Positions 1 to 8,585 of a DNA stretch of 64,000 nucleotides are shown here, one piece after another. Each line of letters starts with the position of its first letter. Position 1 is the first letter of the stretch. Location: positions 64,001-128,000 of IMG/VR virus record IMGVR_UViG_3300045591_000029; one strand, written 5' to 3'. The notes under the pieces were generated by a model. It did not search any database. It was not told the origin of the DNA and worked only from the letters and a program-made list of their open reading frames with translations. The position numbers were made by a program, and so were the translations under genes. This DNA is from a virus (lineage: Duplodnaviria; Heunggongvirae; Uroviricota; Caudoviricetes).

Positions 1-536
1 TAAGCTAGAACCGAGGCGTTTTTATATCTTTTTTTAATATAATAACATATTTTATTATAAAAATCAAGGGGAATAGAAGCTAGGAGAGGGGTTTTAATTG
101 CGGGCCCGATCGGATTAACTGGGTCTCCGCTCTTCTTATTTAGTTTCTAATCGTTTTCCTCTTGTTTTGATACAATGAATTGGACCCGATCGGCAACGCA
201 GGAGGTTCGCTATGAGCAACTAAAATTTTGTTAGCTACACGGAAGTGGAGTGGGCTATATGCCAAATGAAATTAGAAATATGAGTCAATGGTGGAATGAA
301 AATAAAATTGGACTAGAATGTCAAACTTTCGGGAAAATGAGAAACCATATGAAAGTCGGCTAGATTGAACAAAAATTTTGCATATGCTTCCGATCGGTAA
401 AACTCGGGCCGAGTCGCCCGCGACCGGCCCGCCATTATACCACATTTCCGTCCGGTTGTCAATAGGCAATTTATATAAAAATTTCGTTTGATTTTTGGTG
501 AAAATGTCTTTGTGAAAAATGCACAAAAAATCCCGC

Positions 537-887
537 TCAATCGAGCGGGATTTCGTAGGTTTTGCGTATCGTCACTTTGACGGTTTTGGGTTTCTTTTTG
601 CAATAAAATCTGTCATTTCTGACAAACTCGCCTATGCCCTCGTCCTGCCATCTTTGGCGGGTCTTATCCTCATATCTCAAGGTGTTATACTTTGAGAGAG
701 GGAGCGAAAAGTCATAGACGAACTCACCGCCCGGCGGCATGGTGTAGTTGGGACTTTTCTTATAGTTGCGGTTATGCTCTTTGCGGCGGCGCTCAAGGTC
801 ATTTGTAGTGCCTACCTTGAGAATGAAATTACCGTCCCTGTCGATATAATGACCGACATATAAAAACTCTTTAGGTCGCTTTGCCGT
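537..887 (-). CDS. GIY-YIG-like (T5orf172/MUG113-type) protein, apparent ACG start
   Basis: Frame of track ORF 537..740 stays open upstream: AKRPKEFLYVGHYIDRDGNFILKVGTTNDLERRRKEH (KVGxTxDLxRRxxEH motif). GAGGGG SD lies 7 nt before ACG at 887-885. Confidence 0.55.
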   Translation of the reverse strand, partial: TAKRPKEFLYVGHYIDRDGNFILKVGTTNDLERRRKEHNRNYKKSPNYTMPPGGEFVYDFSLPLSKYNTLRYEDKTRQRWQDEGIGEFVRNDRFYCKKKPKTVKVTIRKTYEIPLD

Positions 888-942
888 ATGCTTTCCCCTC
901 TTTCTGGAAGGGGCGGATAGGGGTTATCCGCCCCTATCCTTA

Positions 943-1350
943 TTAGCTTTTCGGCTTGCGCTTTTGTACAAGCGTCAACTCGAAAGTTTCACCGCCTACC
1001 ATAAAGGAAATCTGTCTTTCCTTGTTCGTGATAGCAAGGTTAGAAACATCAAAGTTACTGTTGTGTTCCATGAACTCCGCAAGCTCCGCAATAATGCCCC
1101 CCTTAGTTGCGTTAGGCTTGCGTTCTCGCTTGGTGAACTTGTACGCCGTGGGCGCTTTCCGCGTTCCTGCATGGGCATACTTTTGTGCGGCTTTCAGCTT
1201 ATCCGGCGGCAGGTCATATTCCGTTTTTTCGCCTGCTTCTACCGCCTTATCATAGGCGAGAATGTCTTGCGCTTCTTTCTCGTCTGGAAACACTCGCTTG
1301 ATACGCTCAAGGCGTTCAGCGTCTGTCACTCGCTGGGCGATAATAACCAC
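943..1350 (-). CDS. hypothetical early protein
   Basis: 135-aa ORF with AAGGAAG SD and TAA stop, followed by a hairpin terminator at ~910-940. Confidence 0.7.
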   Translation of the reverse strand: MVIIAQRVTDAERLERIKRVFPDEKEAQDILAYDKAVEAGEKTEYDLPPDKLKAAQKYAHAGTRKAPTAYKFTKRERKPNATKGGIIAELAEFMEHNSNFDVSNLAITNKERQISFMVGGETFELTLVQKRKPKS

Positions 1351-1410
1351 TTCCTTTCTGTTGGCGGGGAGAGGGTTTTGCCCCTCTCCCCTATAAGCGG
1401 TAACAACCGC

Positions 1411-1812
1411 TTAGGCGAGACGGAACAGAGCCTTGCCCTTGACCTCGGTCTTAATGACCTTATCAGCCGCCATGAGCTGACGCACCAGAGGGGAAATCTT
1501 CTGAGTGCTGAAGCCCTCGAACTCCGCCACGCCCTTGATAATCTCGGTGCAGGTCACACCAGCCGAAGTATCAGACAGAGTGGCGAGGAACTCCAGAATG
1601 AGCGCCTTATAGCCCTCGTTCTCCTGCTGGGCCTTGGTCTGCTTCTTGTTCTCGCCGCTGTTCTTCTTGGCGAGCAGAGCCACCTCATGCTCGATGAAGT
1701 CCACGGCGTCCTCGGTGGTCGTGCCGTAGGTCACGGGCTGACCGTTCAGCATAGCCTTAATGTCCTCGAAACGCATAGCCTTGGTGATACGAGTCTTGTT
1801 GGTCTTTTCCAT
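1411..1812 (-). CDS. putative winged-helix DNA-binding protein
   Basis: C-terminus TCTEIIK...STQKISPLVRQL...VIKTEVKGKALFRLA has a wHTH-like helix-helix-wing pattern; AAAGGA SD; downstream of four tandem promoters. Confidence 0.55.
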   Translation of the reverse strand: MEKTNKTRITKAMRFEDIKAMLNGQPVTYGTTTEDAVDFIEHEVALLAKKNSGENKKQTKAQQENEGYKALILEFLATLSDTSAGVTCTEIIKGVAEFEGFSTQKISPLVRQLMAADKVIKTEVKGKALFRLA

Positions 1813-1862
1813 GTTCAAATCCTTTCTGGTTTTTAGGACTGTCCTTGTCCTTTTGTGATTTT

Positions 1863-2222
1863 ATTATATCATACTTTCGGCGGTTTGTCAAGAGGTTTTT
1901 TGAACTTCTTTTCAAACTTTCGGAAGTTTGATACCGAAGTGAGATATTGACTTTTTAAGGTTCATTGGGTTTCCTTGTGCTTTCATTATAGCACTTTTCG
2001 CTTGGCTTGTCAAGAGGTTTTTTGAAGTTTTTCGGAAGTTTCTTGACTGTCGCTTTTCGCCGTTTCAAGAACCGCTTTCCCTTAACTTCTGTACCTATTA
2101 TATCATGCCTTGCGGAGTTTGTCAAGAGGTTTTTTCGATTTTTTTCAAAATCTTTTTGGAGCCTTTCGGCGCCCTCTCTTAACTTCTGTAAACAGTATAC
2201 CACCACCGGCCCCGGAAGTCAA
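1863..2222 (-). promoter_or_regulatory. array of four tandem sigmaA-type promoters
   Basis: TTGACA/TTGACT-17 bp-TATAAT/TATACT on the minus strand at 1863-1891, 1985-2013, 2097-2125 and 2194-2222. Confidence 0.85.
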
Positions 2223-2290
2223 GAACTTTTTGCTGAAAAGTTGCACAATTTCGGGAGATCCGAAGTATGATTTTTTGTGCAGTTTGCCGA

Positions 2291-2319
2291 TTGACTTTTT
2301 GCTGGCGGTGGTGTATAAT
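2291..2319 (+). promoter_or_regulatory. rightward sigmaA-type promoter with no downstream + strand gene
   Basis: TTGACT-17-TATAAT with TG extension, followed by a GC hairpin (~2326-2352) and a terminator (~2384-2407). Confidence 0.65.
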
Positions 2320-2405
2320 GAAAATTCGGCCCGCTGCGTGCGCCAGCGGGCCGACGAAGAGGGCATTGTGCATTTTGACGAAAAAAAAGAGGGGCAACGC
2401 CCCTC

Positions 2406-2588
2406 TTAGCTCCAGCACATCTCCAAAAACTCGAACAGATTTTCGTCCTTATCCGGAAATGTAACCAGATGTCCGCCGTCATCCGTCAAATGTTCGGCGT
2501 CAATGTTCCATCCCATGCGCTTGATAACTTCAATCGCGGCGGCTTTGCTGTCGGCGTTCATAAACTCAAACCATACGGTCTTTTTCAT
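2406..2588 (-). CDS. small hypothetical protein
   Basis: MKKTVWFEFMNADS..., 60 aa, AAGGAAA SD, TAA stop followed by a terminator. Confidence 0.6.
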   Translation of the reverse strand: MKKTVWFEFMNADSKAAAIEVIKRMGWNIDAEHLTDDGGHLVTFPDKDENLFEFLEMCWS

Positions 2589-2613
2589 TCTATTTTCCTT
2601 TCTGCCTTTCCGC

Positions 2614-3066
2614 TCAATCAAGAGCGGAAAGGACTTCAAGCAGATTGACTTCTGTGGGGTCGATTGACTCGCCCAAATGCCACCCATCCCGCACCTTTTT
2701 GTTATCGTCAATCAGAACTGCGGGAGCGTCTGCAATGCGGCGAATACAGTCAGCCTTAGTTCTGCCATAGGCGATAAAGTGGCATTTATCAGCAGGGAAG
2801 TTATACTTCTCAAGCCACTCTCTTTTTGCCTTGCGGACGGCGGTTTTATATTCCTCGGTGCTGTCCTTGCTCAACCAACTGATAATGCGGATTTCATATC
2901 CCTTATCAATCAACTTCAAGAGGACTTCTCGCAGAGCTTTCATATCCCACATGGGAGCGGCTTCTGCATAGGGGCTTGCGTCCTCTGCCCGCAGTTTATC
3001 TAACCAGTTAGGAACGGCGTACAGATCAGCAATCGTGCCGTCCATATCGAAGCAAATCATTTTCAT
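2614..3066 (-). CDS. HAD-superfamily hydrolase (nucleotidase/phosphatase-like)
   Basis: Motif I ICFDMDGTIAD, motif II IISW, motif IV LIDDN. Confidence 0.8.
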   Translation of the reverse strand: MKMICFDMDGTIADLYAVPNWLDKLRAEDASPYAEAAPMWDMKALREVLLKLIDKGYEIRIISWLSKDSTEEYKTAVRKAKREWLEKYNFPADKCHFIAYGRTKADCIRRIADAPAVLIDDNKKVRDGWHLGESIDPTEVNLLEVLSALD

Positions 3067-3147
3067 CTTATCGCTTCCTTTCTTTTGATACATTCATTAT
3101 AGCAGGTTTCTTTTCGTTTGTCAACCCCTTTTTCAAGTTTGGGGAGA

Positions 3148-3933
3148 TTAAATCTCCCCAAACCTAATTACCGGCGTTTCTCGCAAACTTGCGGAAAACT
3201 CTCGCTGAAAGTCAGTCATAGGCGGATATTTTCTCTTGTTCTCAAAGAGGGCTTTCCGCATGGGCTTATGCTGTCGGAAGCAATAGAACATAATCTCCGC
3301 TTCAATCAGCACATCTTCAAGTCCAGTGTGGCTTTCCTCAAACTCGTTATCACCGGAGATAAAACGCCACAGGATTTCAGCGGTCTTGCGGCAAGCGCCA
3401 TTTTTCAGCACATAGCCGTTCTCTTGACAGAACGCCTTATAGGTGGGCATTTTGCAGATAACATCTTGTGCCATCTTCATCGTGTCCCAAATCTCCACGC
3501 TATCGAACGGGAACCAGTAGCGGAAACGGCTTGCGGTGGTGTAACGCTGTGTTACATTCAAAGCGTTATAGTCAAAGCGGGCGTTATGGGCGGCAACTTC
3601 TTTAATGCCCCACTTCTCGATAGTGTCAAGCATAGCCTTGCGGATTTCGTAGGTGCTTGCCATCTTGCGGCTACCTGCCCGCAGTTCCTCGACATAGCGG
3701 GGAATTTTCCAGTTATAGTAAGCCGTCCGCATAAGGTCGCGTTCCTCGCAGAAAATGTCACGGTTGATATAACTTGTGGTTTCGTAGATATTGCCCTTAG
3801 TGTCCACAACCGCCCAACCGCAGTCATATACAAGGACATTAGACATATCCAGACTATCGCCGTCTTGGATAGTGTTGGCAGTTTCGGTATCAACCACCAA
3901 AACATAGTGTTTGCGCTTATCAATTTTTTCCAT
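3148..3933 (-). CDS. DEDDh 3'-5' exonuclease family protein
   Basis: ExoI VVDTETAN, ExoII AHNARFD, ExoIII HTGLEDV. Confidence 0.8.
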   Translation of the reverse strand: MEKIDKRKHYVLVVDTETANTIQDGDSLDMSNVLVYDCGWAVVDTKGNIYETTSYINRDIFCEERDLMRTAYYNWKIPRYVEELRAGSRKMASTYEIRKAMLDTIEKWGIKEVAAHNARFDYNALNVTQRYTTASRFRYWFPFDSVEIWDTMKMAQDVICKMPTYKAFCQENGYVLKNGACRKTAEILWRFISGDNEFEESHTGLEDVLIEAEIMFYCFRQHKPMRKALFENKRKYPPMTDFQREFSASLRETPVIRFGEI

Positions 3934-3991
3934 CTTGTCAAATCCTTTCTATTGATTGAGGTTTACCATCGTTCCCTCAACTTCTGTACTT

Positions 3992-4119
3992 AGTATAGCA
4001 CACTTTGCGCTTGCTGTCAAGAGTTTTTTTTTCGATTTTTTCAAATCTTTTTTTCAAGGTTCAAAGGACGTTTCCCTTAACTCTGTAAACAGTATAGCAC
4101 TTTTCGGGAAAGCTGTCAA
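3992..4119 (-). promoter_or_regulatory. two tandem sigmaA-type promoters
   Basis: TTGACA-17-TATACT at 3992-4020 and 4091-4119. Confidence 0.8.
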
Positions 4120-4271
4120 TCGTCAGATTGCACAAAGATTGGCCGAGAAATTTGTGCAACTTGTATATTGACAAAAACTCGGTCCGCGCCGAGCGTGCGC
4201 GGACCGCCCAAGAAGCGTTTGTGAAAATTGCACAAAAAACTCGGTGGATTTCTCCACCGAGTTTCTGTTGC

Positions 4272-4535
4272 TTAACTCCGCAGGAAACGGAGCAGGTCGC
4301 CGAGGTCAATTCCCGGCTCGTCCTCCTCTTCCTGCGGCTCCTCTGCCAGCTTCAGCGCATGGGGCTTGATGTTGTGAAGCACATACAGCGCCATCTCGTC
4401 CTTGCCATCACGCGCCATCTGGACAACGGTTGCCAGCATAGCGGCGTCAGAAACGGTCGGGCTCAGCAGGTGAGAAATCATCTCGTGAGAAGCCAGCAGA
4501 CCATCCAGCTCATTCTTGTTCTCAGCAGTCAACAT
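4272..4535 (-). CDS. hypothetical early protein
   Basis: 87-aa ORF, AGAGG SD, TAA stop followed by hairpin 4237-4265. Confidence 0.65.
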   Translation of the reverse strand: MLTAENKNELDGLLASHEMISHLLSPTVSDAAMLATVVQMARDGKDEMALYVLHNIKPHALKLAEEPQEEEDEPGIDLGDLLRFLRS

Positions 4536-4792
4536 AACTAAGTACCTCTTTCCTTGTTTTTTTCGTTCCCTTGGAACGATTTTATTGTATCATAGTTTTA
4601 GGGGTTTGTCAAGAGGTTTCGCAAACTTTTCACACGATTTACAACCTTGGAAACACTCGCAAGGATTTACCACGTGGTGTATTGCATTTACTTCCTTTAC
4701 TTTCTCGAAGTTGCGCACCTTCGGATTTCTTGGGCTACTCCCTCTTGACAATTATATTGTATCACAAGACTTTCATCTTGTCAATACCTTTT

Positions 4793-5254
4793 TCAAAGAT
4801 TTTTGCTTTCCGCAACAAAATATTTTGCTTCGTACTGGTTAGCAATAGCCTTGACCTTTGCGCTTTCGTCTTGTGTAGCGCAGTAGAAATTGAAAAGCGT
4901 GTGTTTGTCGCTTAATTCAATGTAGGAATGGGGAACGCCCAATTCATCAATAGCATCTTTGTACTTGGTGGGAACGGTCAATTCCACTTTCCACAGCTTA
5001 TCTTTTCTCGCCTTGGCTTCCCCATACTTCACGATGAAAACGCCGACCAGGTTACAGCCCGCAGTTACTACCACTTTTTGCCACAGAGGAAAATCTGCCA
5101 CAGTGTAAATCAACACAATGTTGTAATAGCCGTAGTACAGAGCGGAAACAATGCTTGCGACCCATGGGCCGGACTTAATAGTTGCGATACTCTTGATTGT
5201 GGAGAAGATAACATTTACAATCGAGAGCAGAATAAAAACAATCAACAGGTTCAT
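4793..5254 (-). CDS. small multi-pass membrane protein (DUF5698-like)
   Basis: Three hydrophobic segments (LSIVNVIFSTIKS..., ASIVSALYYGYY...) plus a soluble C-terminal domain; GAGGGAG SD. Confidence 0.6.
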   Translation of the reverse strand: MNLLIVFILLSIVNVIFSTIKSIATIKSGPWVASIVSALYYGYYNIVLIYTVADFPLWQKVVVTAGCNLVGVFIVKYGEAKARKDKLWKVELTVPTKYKDAIDELGVPHSYIELSDKHTLFNFYCATQDESAKVKAIANQYEAKYFVAESKNL

Positions 5255-5351
5255 TTACTATCTCCCTCACTTTCTATAATTATTATAACACAAAATTGCC
5301 AAAATGTCAATAGGCAATTTTAATCAGTAGAGAATAAGACGGTTGCCCGTC

Positions 5352-5555
5352 TTAACTCTCATCGGCACAAGTAGGGCAGTAGAGATAATCTTTCTCATCA
5401 ATAAATGCAGAGGGCAGAGCCATAGTTGACCCACAGCAAGTGCATTCAACAATCATCGGTAAGCCTCGCTCGGCGAACCACTCACCGGAAAAGGTTTTCT
5501 GTTTGGAAATGTCCTTGCCGGAGACTTCTTTGTACCACTGATAGAAAGTTTTCAT
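5352..5555 (-). CDS. small zinc-ribbon protein
   Basis: MKTFYQWYKEV...CTCCG...CPTC; AAAGAGG SD. Confidence 0.6.
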   Translation of the reverse strand: MKTFYQWYKEVSGKDISKQKTFSGEWFAERGLPMIVECTCCGSTMALPSAFIDEKDYLYCPTCADES

Positions 5556-5763
5556 AGTGTCTACCTCTTTCCTTTTGTTGTACTCATTGTACCACCATTT
5601 CGGGAGAAAGTCAAGCTGGCAATTTGCACAAAAATGCGACGAAAAATTTGTGTAATAATACTCTTGCGTAAACTCGGCGCGTGGTGACCCACAACGCGCC
5701 GCCGAAGTTAAAGGAAACTTCGTCAAATTGCACAAAAAAGCGGCTCGGTTTGAGCCGCTTTTC

Positions 5764-6223
5764 TTACGTAAAATCAATTTCTTGCAGGCAGAAGCAGGGC
5801 GGATTACCGGAATCAATTTTTACACTGGTAGCGCCTTCCATTCCATCTGCATCTTCATACCTGAAAGTTACTTCAATCGGGCCGACATTCTCGAAATAGT
5901 CCTCAAATGCTTTGCGGATTGCTCCCATGGAGTTTGCCTGTTGATTTTCTTTTATCTGTTGAATACGCTGTTGAGCAAGAACAATGATGTTCTGCAAATT
6001 GTCAATGCTTTGAGTTTCCAAAAACTCTTTAGCGGCTTGAATGTCCATTTCCTCTCCCCTCTCAATCTGCAAGCCATTTCTTTAGCAGTTCTGCGCACTC
6101 GTAGCAGTCAATTCCCGCATTGTCTCTTTCACAATCAAAAGTCAAAGGACAGCAAGCGCAGTCATTGAATGTTTCCACAAAGTCTTGCAGAATAGTATCA
6201 AGTCTGTTTTCGTTTACCTGCAT
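5764..6223 (-). CDS. two small hypothetical proteins (5764..6048; 6062..6223)
   Basis: Both have GAGG-type SDs; the second has a CxxCPxxxxC pattern. Confidence 0.55.
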
Positions 6224-6299
6224 ACCATCAAATCTCCTTCTTGATAGTTTTATTATAGCACAAGGGGCTTTATTTGTCAAGCCCCTTGTGTTACTTTTT

Positions 6300-6740
6300 T
6301 TAGTTAGAAAGTGCGGCGGCAATGTACCGAGCAATCATCGTAATTTCTGCGGTCAGGGTATTGTGGGAGCAAACAAAGCCATAGCGTTCGCCATCACAAA
6401 GAATGGGATAAACAGTGTAATTGTCAAACTGCATCGGCTTGTAAAAGTTGTCCCACGCTTCCGGGGTGTTAACCGGATAGGACGGGCCACCCGTTAACTT
6501 GCAATCCGTATCATAGATTGCAATTTCGACCCCAGCAAATTTTGCCATGAGCTTCGCCGTGCGGAGAACATCGTCACTCATGCCGAGCAGGGAATACTTG
6601 CGGAACACTACACCGCCCTGACCATCAATGAAGATTTCCAGCGCGTCACCCTCTCGAATATTCAGAGTGCGGCGGATTTCCTTGGGGATGACCACACGGC
6701 CGAGGTCATCAATGCGGCGAACGATACCAGTAGCTTTCAT
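6300..6740 (-). CDS. spoVT: SpoVT/AbrB-family transcriptional regulator
   Basis: MKATGIVRRIDDLGRVVIPKEIRRTLNIREGDALEIF is nearly identical to the SpoVT N-terminal AbrB-fold domain; followed by a shortened GAF-like C-terminal part. Confidence 0.85.
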   Translation of the reverse strand: MKATGIVRRIDDLGRVVIPKEIRRTLNIREGDALEIFIDGQGGVVFRKYSLLGMSDDVLRTAKLMAKFAGVEIAIYDTDCKLTGGPSYPVNTPEAWDNFYKPMQFDNYTVYPILCDGERYGFVCSHNTLTAEITMIARYIAAALSN

Positions 6741-6825
6741 AATATCAAATCCTTTCTGACTGTTTAGGTTGTCAACCTCTTTCTATGGTCTTATTGTATC
6801 ATATAAAGGACTGTTTGTCAACCCC

Positions 6826-7143
6826 TTATTTCATAATTGAAGAAAATTCTTCGGTGTGTCCGCATTTATCACAAGTGTAATAGAAAGATTCTGATGTTCT
6901 CCATTTGGTAGCGCCAGAAAACTGATACTCACCGCCGCAATCAATGTGAATACCATCATTCCAGCGGTCAGAGTCGTTTTTCTGTTCGGCATATATACCG
7001 CACATGAGCGCGAAAGCGGCAACGAGAACGCACACAGAAGCAATGATTTTATAGCGGACTTTCTGCGGAGCAGCAATAGCCACAGTGAGCGGAAGTAAAG
7101 CGATGATAACCCAGCCAATATAGAACATGGGAGTAGTAAACAT
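6826..7143 (-). CDS. membrane-anchored protein with C-terminal Zn-ribbon-like motif
   Basis: Two hydrophobic helices, then HIDCGG...YTCDKCGH. Confidence 0.55.
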   Translation of the reverse strand: MFTTPMFYIGWVIIALLPLTVAIAAPQKVRYKIIASVCVLVAAFALMCGIYAEQKNDSDRWNDGIHIDCGGEYQFSGATKWRTSESFYYTCDKCGHTEEFSSIMK

Positions 7144-7709
7144 TTCCTTTCCCTCCTTAAAACTGGCAGTTGCTCATAATGTAGGCGAAAAGGATAATCT
7201 CAACGCCAAACATAACCGCAAGGTTCATACAGTCTTTTTCGATAGCGGCTACGAACTGGAAGGACAGCAGGATAGTAATGATGATGATAGCGATTGTCAT
7301 TTTGGTTTCGCTCCTCTCTTTTGATGATACAAGTATACCACAGCCCACAAAGGAAGTCAAGGGATTTTGGGAAAATTTCTTTCGTCAAATCCACCAAAGA
7401 TGCGAAACAAAAATTGTGCAAATTGCCTATTGACACGAAAAACTGGCCGCGGCGTGCGCCAACGGCCAGCCGAGGGCATTAGAAAAAGCCTCCCGGATTT
7501 CGGGAGGTCATTTCTTTAATCAATGTATTCTTGGAATAAAATGGTTTCGATTTCATTCGCCGTTTTTGGATTGCGGCGCTTGGCGTCATCAAAGCTGTAA
7601 CCCCAAATGAAAGTGTGCTCGCCATTCTTTAACAAGACTTCAAACTCATACATAACATCAAACCTTCTTTCTTTTGATGGTTTAAATATACCACAGAAAG
7701 CATGGTTTG

Positions 7710-7940
7710 TCAATCGTCATTTTGAACAATTTTTAGTCCAGCATTTTGGACAAGTTTCATGGCTTCTTCTAATTCAGTATTCAAACCACAATCAATACAA
7801 ATGTAATTGCGGCCGTCGATCTAACGAACTTCAAATGAATACTCCCGGCCTGTAATAAGTCCGAGTTGATCACGAAGCCGAACAGGAATCATAATTCTTC
7901 CCATTGCGTCCAATTTTCTAGAGTAAGTAGATTCAGCCAT
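7710..7940 (-). CDS. AbrB/MazE-fold DNA-binding protein (one in-frame TAG)
   Basis: MAESTYSRKLDAMGRIMIPVRLRDQLGL...; TAG at 7821-7823 read as Gln gives 76 aa ending in TGA. Absent from the ORF track. Confidence 0.7.
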
Positions 7941-8025
7941 TTTGCTTTTTTATTTCTAGTGACCTAGCCTGTGCGAAAATTCGATTCCAGACGGGAGCCG
8001 CGGCATTTTGCCGAAAAGAATTAGA

Positions 8026-8142
8026 TTACCATTCACATGGCATTTTCTAACAGAACTGGGCCATTGGGCAATTCTTGCAAGAATCTTGGTTCATGCAGAA
8101 CTCCAAAATGACAGCCAGCGCTTTCAGCACTTCTAGCGTCAT
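8026..8142 (-). CDS. small Cys-rich protein (one in-frame TAG)
   Basis: AAGGAG SD; MTLEVLKALAVILEFCMNQDSCKNCPMAQFC[TAG]KMPCEW-TAA. Confidence 0.55.
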
Positions 8143-8417
8143 TAGAAAATTCTCCTTTCTCATTTCTTCTATAATTATTATAACAAAATTTTTCCCAAAA
8201 ATCAAAAAAGAGCCGGCTTAGAAAGTCGGCTCTTTCTTTTCCCAAATGATTAGATGGTATAAGCCAATCCGAAAGAGAATTGTACCTATCCGCCATCCGA
8301 TGCGGACTGTGCATCCAATCGGATATTTATGCGGGAGACGTTCAATGCTCATGATTTGCAACTCCTTTCGTCTTGGGGAAGGGCGTTCCAAAGCGCCCTT
8401 CCCGCAGTTCCCTTATT

Positions 8418-8585
8418 TTAGTAGGTGTCGTATCCGTACATCTCAGCCTCTGCGTCACTCATGGAACACTTGTAAAAGGGACGCTGAAAGAAGAGATGCG
8501 CAGTCTAGTTAGCTTTCCACAGGTTGACCTCTTGAACGAAGAAATGCTCGCCGGTTTCTTCATCATAGAACAGGTAGTTCTTCAT
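8418..8585 (-). CDS. small hypothetical protein (one in-frame TAG)
   Basis: MKNYLFYDEETGEHFFVQEVNLWKAN[TAG]TAHLFF...EAEMYGYDTY-TAA; its ATG overlaps the upstream gene's TGA (ATGA), indicating coupling. Confidence 0.65.

Noticed and set aside
964-3993. Long + strand ORFs in the early region (e.g. 964..1836, 3118..3993)
   Set aside because: Antisense shadows of motif-bearing minus-strand genes; no SD or promoter support.
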